32,000 nt of DNA, from contig NC_006138.1 of the NCBI RefSeq assembly GCF_000025945.1, positions 240,001 to 272,000 on the forward strand, in the 5' to 3' direction. Every line of letters starts with the position of its first letter. Within the stretch, counting starts at the first letter, position 1. A program made the position numbers and the translations under genes. This stretch comes from Desulfotalea psychrophila LSv54 (GTDB lineage Bacteria; Desulfobacterota; Desulfobulbia; Desulfobulbales; Desulfocapsaceae). A model generated the notes under the pieces. It did no database searches. It was not told the origin of the DNA and was given only the letters and a program-made list of their open reading frames with translations. Shown here one piece after another: positions 15,938 to 24,224 of the stretch.

Positions 15938-16789
15938 TTAATTGGTTGTTATTTTTTTATACTCATGAATTGATTCAGCTATTGTCTGCTTTGACTTAAA
16001 CTCAGGAATACAAGAGTAACATAGCCAACAATTAATTATCTCCGGGTTGCCACGAAACTCGATGAATGATTTAAATTTAGCGTATCTACGCAGTTCGCTT
16101 GAATCGGTATATATCCTTGTTTTTATATATGCCTTCTCGTAAGTGATATAGCAATAAAAACAATATACATACGGAATAATCGACACAGAGAGTAGCATAG
16201 GGACGAGAAAGTCACGTAAAGTTGATATATTGAAAAACTTGTCTACGTCATCACTAACATATGACAGGCTATCGATGAACAAATAAATACCGAGTATGCT
16301 CAATGCTATACCAAAGACTGATTTAACCTTTTGAAATTTAGGGTCTGTTGAAGCTACAACACTACAGCAGGCAATAAACGTTGACACTGTTACCAGTATT
16401 AGTTCGGTTATGAAACCGTAAGAATGGAATGCAACAAGGAATTCAATTAACACAATAACTTGAAACTGTTGCTTCAGCGCTCTTTTAAGATACTGCACCC
16501 CACTGTCAACATTGACTGTGTTGGATAATTGGACACTACCAACAAAAAGAAACCAGACTACTGTATTTTTCACCTGAGATGTATCCCAGATAGCAACCTC
16601 TCTTAAACACCACACAACACCGACAGTAAATAGCGAAAAAATCACGAACGGTGTCACTATTTCTCGCTGAAAAAATACCTTGATTAGTTGTACAAATGCG
16701 TTTCTAACCCTAGACTGCCGCAAACAGTAAAGCAACACCACTGATACCAGCAACGCTGATGCCAGCTCACGATTATTGAATACTTCCAA
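15938..16789 (-). CDS. polytopic inner-membrane protein (about 6-7 TM helices), no recognisable family
   Basis: 283-aa ORF with repeated hydrophobic helices (ALLVSVVLLYCL, VTPFVIFSLFTVGVVWCL, VVWFLFVGSV, VIVLIEFLVAF, LILVTVSTFIACCSVV, FGIALSILGIYLFI, LVPMLLSVSIIPYVYCFYCYI). TTG start with GGTGA 6 nt upstream. Confidence 0.6.
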   Translation of the reverse strand: MEVFNNRELASALLVSVVLLYCLRQSRVRNAFVQLIKVFFQREIVTPFVIFSLFTVGVVWCLREVAIWDTSQVKNTVVWFLFVGSVQLSNTVNVDSGVQYLKRALKQQFQVIVLIEFLVAFHSYGFITELILVTVSTFIACCSVVASTDPKFQKVKSVFGIALSILGIYLFIDSLSYVSDDVDKFFNISTLRDFLVPMLLSVSIIPYVYCFYCYITYEKAYIKTRIYTDSSELRRYAKFKSFIEFRGNPEIINCWLCYSCIPEFKSKQTIAESIHEYKKITTN

Positions 16790-16915
16790 TACAAATCACC
16801 TATATCAATTCTAGGCATAACGCCCAATTAAGCTGCACCCAACGCAATGATCAAGCTACAACAATGTACCTCAATCACTATACCAATTGGAGCTGAAAAT
16901 GCCATGCGTTGGGAA

Positions 16916-17521
16916 TCATGGTAAAACTAATTTACAGATCTGTGTTGCCAACTCAAGCCACCACGTAATTAGACTAACAGAGAGCCCAACTACAAAAAGA
17001 GAGAAGGTTAGAGGGATTTTGTCCCTAAGAAAGCTGAAATGTTTCTGCTCGTCAACCCAATCGATCTGGTGTTGCCAAAAAAATTTGTAGTGCGCATACC
17101 AATCACTAAACAGGATTTGCTTGCTTTGGCATGAACTATAATATTCACCTTGTAGCTGAGAAAGTTGGTTTTCCAATATCTCAATATCAGACCCATCTGA
17201 GTTTTTTGTCTTGCGATATAGTTTTGCAAGGTCATTGTATAATTGTGTTAATTTTATACCATAACTTTCATATGCTGTTTTCTTATGATCGTAGAGTGAT
17301 ATATACAATCCAACAATACCTAAGACAACAAATGATGCAGACAGAAACTTAGTTGATAAGCCTTCAAAGGCAAGTGCGTAAATGCCGAATGCCATTGAGA
17401 AAAAGCTAATAAACCCAGGTGTTTTCTCTACAATATCATAGGTTGCAAAATGTTTTTTTGCTCCAAAACCAACGTTGTAACCAGTCTCTGCGATATGTTT
17501 AAGCAAATCTTCTTTATTCAT
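16916..17521 (-). CDS. SLATT-domain membrane effector (SMODS/SLOG-associated 2TM family, SLATT_5-like)
   Basis: AETGYNVGFGAKKHFATYDIVEK motif, followed by two adjacent TM helices (GFISFFSMAFGIYALAF; FLSASFVVLGIVGLYISLY), a helical region and a third C-terminal helix. The ATG at 17521 lies 5 nt after GAGG, and this RBS overlaps the upstream gene's TGA stop (GTGAGGcagaaATG). The listed ORF start at 17566 would overlap the upstream gene by 38 nt. Confidence 0.7.
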   Translation of the reverse strand: MNKEDLLKHIAETGYNVGFGAKKHFATYDIVEKTPGFISFFSMAFGIYALAFEGLSTKFLSASFVVLGIVGLYISLYDHKKTAYESYGIKLTQLYNDLAKLYRKTKNSDGSDIEILENQLSQLQGEYYSSCQSKQILFSDWYAHYKFFWQHQIDWVDEQKHFSFLRDKIPLTFSLFVVGLSVSLITWWLELATQICKLVLP

Positions 17522-17528
17522 TTCTGCC

Positions 17529-18815
17529 TCACTTGATTGGTACGTAAATTCTATTTTTGGCAACAACTACATTGTTTTTAATAGCATAACATTCAACTAT
17601 ATGCTCGCCTTTAAAATCCGTAGACTCCCTTCGTTCTTTTTTCCCGCTATCATCAACAATTTGACCACATATACAATTACGTTTTTCAGCTTCTACTCCA
17701 CGATTAAGCACTTTCCATTTAATGGAATAAGGTTTAGGGACATTTATATAAGATATATTAAAGTATAGTTTTTTATTAGCTAATAAAGGGAAATTTTTTG
17801 CTAGCATCTCAGTAAGAAATCGCTTTTGATAGCCATGTTGTGTTACTTCGCATTCCAGTTCTAAATCATATCGAACATCAATTGGAAACTTCTCTTCAAT
17901 AAATTGTTCGGTATCCTGCCATGTGCGTGCAGATTTTAAAGCTTCTTCGACATGTTTTGATTTTGCAGGGAATGGACGGCCATAAACTTTTTTCCATTTG
18001 TCATGAGCACTATTTCCATCCCCAGCTTCAATAGCTTTTAAACATAGCTCATAGGCTTTTTTGGCTTTCTTTTGGAATTTTTTCTTGACTTTAACATTCT
18101 GGCCACTGCCAAGGGCCTTATAATGGTCTTGACTTGGTTGCTCCATGAGATATTTAAAAAAGTCTCTACTCATCCAATCGTAGAACAGGAAACTCTTGTC
18201 ATCATAATCCGATGTTGATTTTAGGAAGTTATGAGCCAAAGTATCGATTAAAAGCCCACCCATACCGACGCCATGTTTGTTTTTCCAGGCTCTTGCCATC
18301 TTACAAAGCTTACGAAGATTCTTGCTTTTCTGATCAACAAAATCCTTCATCGCCGTCATTTCATCACGTGGTTTAGTGATTTTCCAGCTTCCACCGCTGT
18401 AGGTATCAGGATATTTAAAGCTTTCATCATCCTGTTCAAATACAGGCTGTACTTCTACTTGAAAACCTCTATACAAAACTTGTACAACAAGCCGATCAAC
18501 CTTAACTTCAGTGGTAGGATATCTAGCTTTAATCGCGTCTTTTGTATCCAACAACAATTTGGATTGTTTGTTATTTTTATAATCATCCCATTTATTCTTG
18601 GGCATAAGATACAACATGTCAAGATCAGAAATTCCTTTAACCCCCGTCCATCGACCATAAGACCCGACTTGTAATCTATTTTCTTTCTTTGAATCAGTCT
18701 CTCGGAACTTTTTATTTAAGCTTGAAGTAATTTCCCCATATTTCAAGCTAATTTTACCAGCATTATCAGTGACTAAGTTAGCAAGAAGATCCTGAAACAT
18801 TTCTGAAATTGTCAT
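17529..18815 (-). CDS. SMODS-family nucleotidyltransferase (predicted second-messenger oligo/dinucleotide synthetase) with AGS-C-like C-terminal domain
   Basis: Pol-beta NTase signature VGSYGRWTGVKGISDLDMLY (G51-S52, D64, D66), with a probable third acidic residue in FQVEVQP. SMODS-typical block YPDTYSGGSWKITKPRDE...LCKMARAWKNKHGVGMGGLLIDTLAHNFL. A beta-rich tail of about 130 aa follows (YSIKWKVLNRGVEAEKRNCICGQIV...). Confidence 0.75.
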   Translation of the reverse strand: MTISEMFQDLLANLVTDNAGKISLKYGEITSSLNKKFRETDSKKENRLQVGSYGRWTGVKGISDLDMLYLMPKNKWDDYKNNKQSKLLLDTKDAIKARYPTTEVKVDRLVVQVLYRGFQVEVQPVFEQDDESFKYPDTYSGGSWKITKPRDEMTAMKDFVDQKSKNLRKLCKMARAWKNKHGVGMGGLLIDTLAHNFLKSTSDYDDKSFLFYDWMSRDFFKYLMEQPSQDHYKALGSGQNVKVKKKFQKKAKKAYELCLKAIEAGDGNSAHDKWKKVYGRPFPAKSKHVEEALKSARTWQDTEQFIEEKFPIDVRYDLELECEVTQHGYQKRFLTEMLAKNFPLLANKKLYFNISYINVPKPYSIKWKVLNRGVEAEKRNCICGQIVDDSGKKERRESTDFKGEHIVECYAIKNNVVVAKNRIYVPIK

Positions 18816-19359
18816 AATTACCCTTGTTTTTATCTTGTAGTTAACCGGTTACGTTAACGCAGCTACTTTCAGCCCTCTATTTTCCATATATCTCAATGTC
18901 AGCAAATGTGGCATGGAAAAACATAGCTCACCCTTCAAGCCGGAGCAGGCATCAGAACAACCACTCCAACAATCTCCAGCCCAACATAATTTTCCACAAT
19001 AGACCCAATAAATTACCAGCAAATCTCCTGACAAAAAACCACCTCTATCGCTTTAACAGGAAAGGTGTGCTTTTTCAAAGGAAAATCCTAATATCAATAC
19101 ATTGCGTGATGGGATGACAAGCAGGACTCTGTTAAGGGCAAGGATGGGTAGAAAAAAAAGCAGAATGACGCAGCACACCTCCCCTCGCCAAGGTGAGGAG
19201 TTAGGGCAAAGAAGAGGCAGGGGCGGTGGTTAAGGAATGGATCGAAATAATTGGCAAATAAAGATCTTTAATGGTTGGGCAGAGATAGCCCATCTGATCT
19301 CATTTCAAGAAACCGACCTTGGCTGGGCAAGTCCCATTGGCACGGAGCTGAGCACCGGA

Positions 19360-19423
19360 AAAATTTGCGATAAAGGAGTTTGACCTGTTTGAGCGCAGCG
19401 AGTTTCAAACTCCCGCAAATTTT
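19360..19423. other. long imperfect hairpin (19 paired bases, 5-nt bulge, 21-nt loop) in non-coding DNA
   Basis: aaaatttgcg[ataaa]ggagtttga (19360-19383) pairs with tcaaactcccgcaaatttt (19405-19423). Confidence 0.6.
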
Positions 19424-19508
19424 GAGGAGCACAGGGTGCCCGTAGGGCCGGAGTGGCAGGGCTCTTTCTTTTGGTTCGTTTTCTTTTGAGTAAAAGAAAA
19501 TGAATGTA

Positions 19509-20027
19509 CTACCAAAGCTCCGGCGACATTAAAACGGAAACACATTCAACCGTCCCGGAAACCCCTTGCAATGCGCCTACCCTTAACTCTTTTGCCTGCC
19601 ATGCCTCCGGGTATGGCAATGAATACGATGGACTTACATCATGAACTGGATGAAAACCACTGCGGCTATAATAATCTGGATCACCCAAGACGAACACAAC
19701 ATCCGCGCCCTGGGCGGTAAGTGTTCGTAAACCATGCTCAATTAACTGACTGCCAACCCCCTGCCTTTGCCTTGCAGGTGATACAGCCAGAGGCGCCAGA
19801 ATAAAGCATGATAGATTGTCGTTATTTGAAATACTGACTGGACTAAAAAGAATATGACCAATGACGAGATCATCGCTCACCGCAACCAATGAGAGTAGGG
19901 GGTGAGCTGCCTTGATCAAGTCTATGGCCAGTTTCGCCACAAGCTCGCGCTCATCGGCATCAAAGGCTGCCATATGAAGCGCATAAATCGCCTCAAGTTC
20001 ACGACTCTTCGATTCTCTAATGATCAT
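19509..20027 (-). CDS. GNAT-family N-acetyltransferase (YhbS-like)
   Basis: 172 aa. Acetyl-CoA binding motif RQRQGVGSQLIEHGL (Q/R-x-x-G-x-G/A). Typical short single-domain layout. RBS GAGGA lies 6 nt upstream. Confidence 0.8.
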   Translation of the reverse strand: MIIRESKSRELEAIYALHMAAFDADERELVAKLAIDLIKAAHPLLSLVAVSDDLVIGHILFSPVSISNNDNLSCFILAPLAVSPARQRQGVGSQLIEHGLRTLTAQGADVVFVLGDPDYYSRSGFHPVHDVSPSYSLPYPEAWQAKELRVGALQGVSGTVECVSVLMSPELW

Positions 20028-20083
20028 TATTTATCCTCAACAGTTAACAGGGTTGATGGAGAATTTTGCCTCTTCGCCGAATA

Positions 20084-20659
20084 TTACTTCCAACTAAACT
20101 CACCCTTAAGAGTAATGCAGTCGGTAACCGAGGCAGAGGCATCCTCAATATAGATCTGCTGCCTGGCGGAGACCGGATAGCTTAAATACTCTGAGCACTC
20201 AGCACTTTGGCCGGTACCGACCACAACCTTACTCTCTGGTTTCAGAGTACAGCTGACCAATGTATCCAGAGGTGACCACTGGTAACATATTTCATAGCCG
20301 GATCGGTACTGAGCAATTTCACCTGTGGGCGCCTGAAAGGCCCACCACTTACCGAATTTGCTATTGGGGTTGGTGCTATTCCAAGCTCGGTAGATGATAA
20401 TTTGACCATCCTTATTACTCTTATAAACCCGGCCCTGGCAGAGCTTGCCCTTATTAGGAGCACCCAAGGCCTCACCTAAAAGCTGTGCATCCTCAACAAG
20501 CTCAAACTTACCTGAAAAGCCCTCAGGTAGATCAACACTTCCCAAACATGATTGAGCAGCTGCAATGAGTTGGTCTTTTTTCTCAAGTGGCACGCTGGCG
20601 CAACCATAAAGGGTGATCCCTAATAGGCCAACTACTACACTGACTGATATCTTCTTCAT
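20084..20659 (-). CDS. hypothetical lipoprotein
   Basis: Signal peptide plus lipobox (GITLYGCAS). Six further Cys in the mature part suggest a disulfide-bonded periplasmic protein. RBS GGAG is present. Confidence 0.6.
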   Translation of the reverse strand: MKKISVSVVVGLLGITLYGCASVPLEKKDQLIAAAQSCLGSVDLPEGFSGKFELVEDAQLLGEALGAPNKGKLCQGRVYKSNKDGQIIIYRAWNSTNPNSKFGKWWAFQAPTGEIAQYRSGYEICYQWSPLDTLVSCTLKPESKVVVGTGQSAECSEYLSYPVSARQQIYIEDASASVTDCITLKGEFSWK

Positions 20660-21257
20660 AGGACTCCGATATGAATTTCAATTGAGGACAACAGCTGCCA
20701 TAGGGTGGTCGCCACTGAAGACTGCCCCCCAAATGCGGCCTGCAGCAGAGTCTATTTCTACCTATGACCGCAACCAACAGACAAAATGGAAATACTGCCT
20801 CCCTTGCAGCCAAAGTAGAGACCAGGGCCTCTTCCTGACCTCCCCTCCACATTTAAAATGGGCGCCATAGGTGAGAGCATCTTCCCAGGCAAAAAGATCC
20901 TGCAAGGAGTTAACAGGACTAAAGCGACCATGTAAAGTCTTTTGATTAATATCAGTACATTGCAAAAAAGCAGAGTGGCGCAGCTCACCTCCCGGCCTCC
21001 CCCTTTAAAATAAGGGGGAGGAGAAAAGGGGGAGGAGGGAAGATGAGGAGTTAGGACAAAGGAGAGACAGAGGCAAGGATGGGGAGGCGCAGGAGGAGTA
21101 AAAAATCCATATTGCCTGAAAAAACGAGATCTTGTATTCTAGCTTTTATAGCCTCTTACCTTTGTCCCATCTTTTTTAGCCATTCCAACCCAGGCAAAAC
21201 AAATTGATAAAGAGTTCTTTACCCCCAGCAATGAAGGCCTCAACTATAGGGATGTCA

Positions 21258-24224
21258 ATGCGCAAAACAAAATTATACCTAGCTCTTGCCAGCTTAATTC
21301 TGGCCACCCCAGCCCACTCCTATGAAACAATTACTGTTGGCAATTTTGAAGCACAACTTCTTGCACCTGGAGAATCAGCATACGCCATAGGAGCAAAAGC
21401 CAGTGGAGCTGGTTATACAGAAGATTATCGAGAAACGGTAACAGGAGCCGAAGCGTGGACCCAGGGACATAGGGATGCTATTAGCAGAAGCCTGCAAACA
21501 CTAGAACAGAGTTTTGCCATGGGCAACCCAAATAGAAAAATGCAAATTGCCTTTACCTTAGAGAAAGGGGAATATCTCGGGATGTCACTTGGCACCCTAA
21601 TTTTCGACCAAGCTCAGCAGAATATTATCGCAACAGGAGAGTTGCTTCTGCGTAATAATATCCCTACAAACAATGTCCTAGGTAGCGTAGACGATATTAT
21701 CATAATGTTCACCTCAGTTCCTCTGCATTACGGCCCTGAGGCTCCTGGCCACGGCCAATATGACTTCCAAGCAACGGTAACCCACGAAATACTCCATGCC
21801 ATGGGTATTATGAATGGTAATGCCAGAGATGGAGGGTACCCAAATGGGATGACAAGATGGGATTCCTTGTTAAAAGATGTTTATGGTGGCACTCCAGCTC
21901 CAGGGAATCCCCTTCCTATTAGCACTATTGGTAAACTAGGTACTGTTTTTTGGACTGGCGCAGCTGCCAACGCTACCTATGGAGGAGCTGTCCCCATACA
22001 GACTTTTACAAATGCATATAGGGAAGGTAGCTCCCTTGCCCATCCAGCCCCTCCAGGAGAATTGATGTCCTATATGGGGAGTCCTTTAGATGCTCCAAGA
22101 GCGCCGAACAAGCTCCTGCTTGATATGTACCGAGATATGGGCTGGAATATAAATGATGCCTACTATAATAGTTTTGGCCCCACCTATTACAGCAACGCTA
22201 GCCACATAAGCAATACGAATGACTTCGCCACAAGCCATAGTTATACCTACGCTATGTACGTTAATGGCAATTATAATCTTATTGACCAGAGTGGTAATTT
22301 AAAAACAACGAAGGAGCAATCGAACGCCCTATATGTATATGGAAATGGAAACAAAATTAGAGTGAACGGCACACAGTCTGCCGATGCAAATTACTCCCAC
22401 GCACTCTACGCTTTTGGTATAAAAAACCAGATATTTATAGAAGGCGAGGGGACTCTGACCGCAAAAGGAGCTGGTTCTGTTGGTCTTTTACTTTTTGGTT
22501 TTGATAACTCCATTTTTCACTCTGGAACTATCCTGGCGAGTGATGAAGCAACAGCTATTAGGATTGACAATCATCGGGCTACCTGGGGATACCGCCTGAA
22601 TACATCACTGCACCTCCAAACCGGATCAAAGATAGTTGGGGATATTATTAACACTGACTCTACGAAGGCGGCAGATATGACCTTTGGTCGTAAATATGCC
22701 AGTGATGGGAGCTATAGCCCTGACCCTAATTTCAATTTTTCCTACAATGATGAGATACGAGGGGATTGGAATTATGACTTTCATAGTGGTACGGTAACAT
22801 TTGCCAATACACTCAATCAGCATGAAGGTACAATATTAACAGGTAATGGTTCAATTATTGGTGATGTTGATAGCGCGGGTATTATCGCCCCGGGTAATTC
22901 TATTGGCAAACTAACAATTAACGGAAATCTTAGCCAAACCAGTAGTTCGGATTTACAGATAGAATTTGGTGACGGTGGCTACGATCAGCTTGTGGTGAGC
23001 GGTACAGCTCATCTTGACGGCTCACTTTCATTAATCCCCATTGGTTATCTTACTCCGGGTACCCATCAATTCATCAATGCAGGTGCCCTTGCCGGTAACT
23101 TTGCCACTGTAAATAACTTTTCCAGCAGTATCCTGCAAACATCAGCTTCCAGTTTCAATCCCAGCAATTTTAATCTAGTGCGCAATAGTTACGCATCAGT
23201 AAGTGAAAGCCAGCAGCAAAGTCTAGCCAGTTCTTTTGATAGAGCTCGACCGACTGCAAGCGGAGATATGGCAGATACTCTCAATCTGATGGATCTGATG
23301 AATCTTACCGATATCAGGCAGGCAGCAGACGATTTTTCGCCTTATTTCTACAACTCTGTTACCACAGCAATTTTAGAAAACATCAGAACAAGATCAACTT
23401 TCTTGCAAAACAAGATAAGAGGAGATGAGACAGATCGTCAATCGCCACTCTGGTTCTCGGGCTACGGCGGTACTACCCAGTACGACAAGACAGTCACCAG
23501 CAACGATTTTAAAACCAAATATTCCGGTTTTATGCTGGGCTTTGACAGACAATTTGCATCTGGATTTCAGCTAGGAGCCGCAGGCGCTTTCACTGATTTT
23601 TCTTTCAAGGAAAAAGCCACCACCAGCAAGGCAAGGGGTTCTGTTTATGATGGCTATCTTTACGGTTCATGGTCACCACAGGCAAATAATGCGTTCTACC
23701 TGCAATCAACTCTAGGCATTGGCCTTACTGACTCTAAAACCAATCGGAATATACCCTTTCTAGATAGAACAGCCACTAGCGACCACGATGCAATCCATTA
23801 CTCTGCCTTTCTTGGCGGTGGTTACAAACAGCAGATAGGCAATTGGTCTCTTGAGCCACGGGCAGGGCTTGAGTACATCAATCTTGATGAAGACGGCTGC
23901 ACAGAATATGGAGCAGGAGCCGCCTCCCTTGCTATCAACTCAAAAGATTCCGACGCATTGGTAAGTTCTCTTGGGGTTGAAATCAGTCGTACTATTGAGC
24001 TCAATAATGGCTCGTTAGTGCCGAGCTTTCGAGCTGATTGGTTCCATAATTTTTCTGCCAAGGGAGAAAATACCATCGCCACCTTGCAAAGCGGTGAATC
24101 TTTCAGTGTTGATGGTCGCACGGCAAGCGAAAATGCCCTGGAATTAGCCCTTGGTTTAAGGGTACTGGTCAGCAATAAGCTACACGGTTATTTTGAATAT
24201 CAATACACCTTTGCCGACAATTAA
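21258..24224 (+). CDS. autotransporter (type Va) with N-terminal HExxH metalloprotease-like passenger; copy 1, ends at a premature in-frame TAA 15 codons before the paralog's stop
   Basis: Signal peptide MRKTKLYLALASLILATPAHS. HEILH at 21783-21797. Autotransporter-associated beta-strand repeat GNSIGKLTINGNL...LVVSGTAHLDGSLSL. C-terminal beta-barrel with alternating aromatic strands. The start was chosen by alignment with copy 2; the listed ORF opens at 21204. Confidence 0.85.
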   Translation: MRKTKLYLALASLILATPAHSYETITVGNFEAQLLAPGESAYAIGAKASGAGYTEDYRETVTGAEAWTQGHRDAISRSLQTLEQSFAMGNPNRKMQIAFTLEKGEYLGMSLGTLIFDQAQQNIIATGELLLRNNIPTNNVLGSVDDIIIMFTSVPLHYGPEAPGHGQYDFQATVTHEILHAMGIMNGNARDGGYPNGMTRWDSLLKDVYGGTPAPGNPLPISTIGKLGTVFWTGAAANATYGGAVPIQTFTNAYREGSSLAHPAPPGELMSYMGSPLDAPRAPNKLLLDMYRDMGWNINDAYYNSFGPTYYSNASHISNTNDFATSHSYTYAMYVNGNYNLIDQSGNLKTTKEQSNALYVYGNGNKIRVNGTQSADANYSHALYAFGIKNQIFIEGEGTLTAKGAGSVGLLLFGFDNSIFHSGTILASDEATAIRIDNHRATWGYRLNTSLHLQTGSKIVGDIINTDSTKAADMTFGRKYASDGSYSPDPNFNFSYNDEIRGDWNYDFHSGTVTFANTLNQHEGTILTGNGSIIGDVDSAGIIAPGNSIGKLTINGNLSQTSSSDLQIEFGDGGYDQLVVSGTAHLDGSLSLIPIGYLTPGTHQFINAGALAGNFATVNNFSSSILQTSASSFNPSNFNLVRNSYASVSESQQQSLASSFDRARPTASGDMADTLNLMDLMNLTDIRQAADDFSPYFYNSVTTAILENIRTRSTFLQNKIRGDETDRQSPLWFSGYGGTTQYDKTVTSNDFKTKYSGFMLGFDRQFASGFQLGAAGAFTDFSFKEKATTSKARGSVYDGYLYGSWSPQANNAFYLQSTLGIGLTDSKTNRNIPFLDRTATSDHDAIHYSAFLGGGYKQQIGNWSLEPRAGLEYINLDEDGCTEYGAGAASLAINSKDSDALVSSLGVEISRTIELNNGSLVPSFRADWFHNFSAKGENTIATLQSGESFSVDGRTASENALELALGLRVLVSNKLHGYFEYQYTFADN

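Larger units (their letters stand above)
14075..18850. mobile_element. AT-rich five-gene block, probably a horizontally acquired defence/conflict island; no mobility gene seen
   Basis: All five ORFs are on the minus strand. By hand count, 15001-15060 has 20/60 G+C whereas 29401-29460 has 34/60. The host intergenic module vocabulary is absent inside the block and present on both sides. Confidence 0.45.

Noticed and set aside
18849-19117. Overlapping 61-aa and 73-aa ORFs right of the island, examined for an integrase or recombinase remnant or a tRNA att site
   Set aside because: There is no recognisable recombinase motif, no tRNA-like cloverleaf by eye, and no RBS. The 10-bp palindrome taaccggtta (18842-18851) is noted, but it is too short to interpret.
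20583-20988. Several 67-89-aa ORFs between the lipoprotein gene and autotransporter 1
   Set aside because: They overlap one another on both strands, are Cys/Gly/Arg-rich, have no start context, and extend into the repeat module at 20988.
21204-21257. N-terminal extension MIKSSLPPAMKASTIGMS of autotransporter 1
   Set aside because: It opens at a non-ATG codon, is not shared with copy 2, and would bury the signal peptide. The ATG at 21258 aligns exactly with the copy-2 start and has the same GGGA-5 nt spacing.
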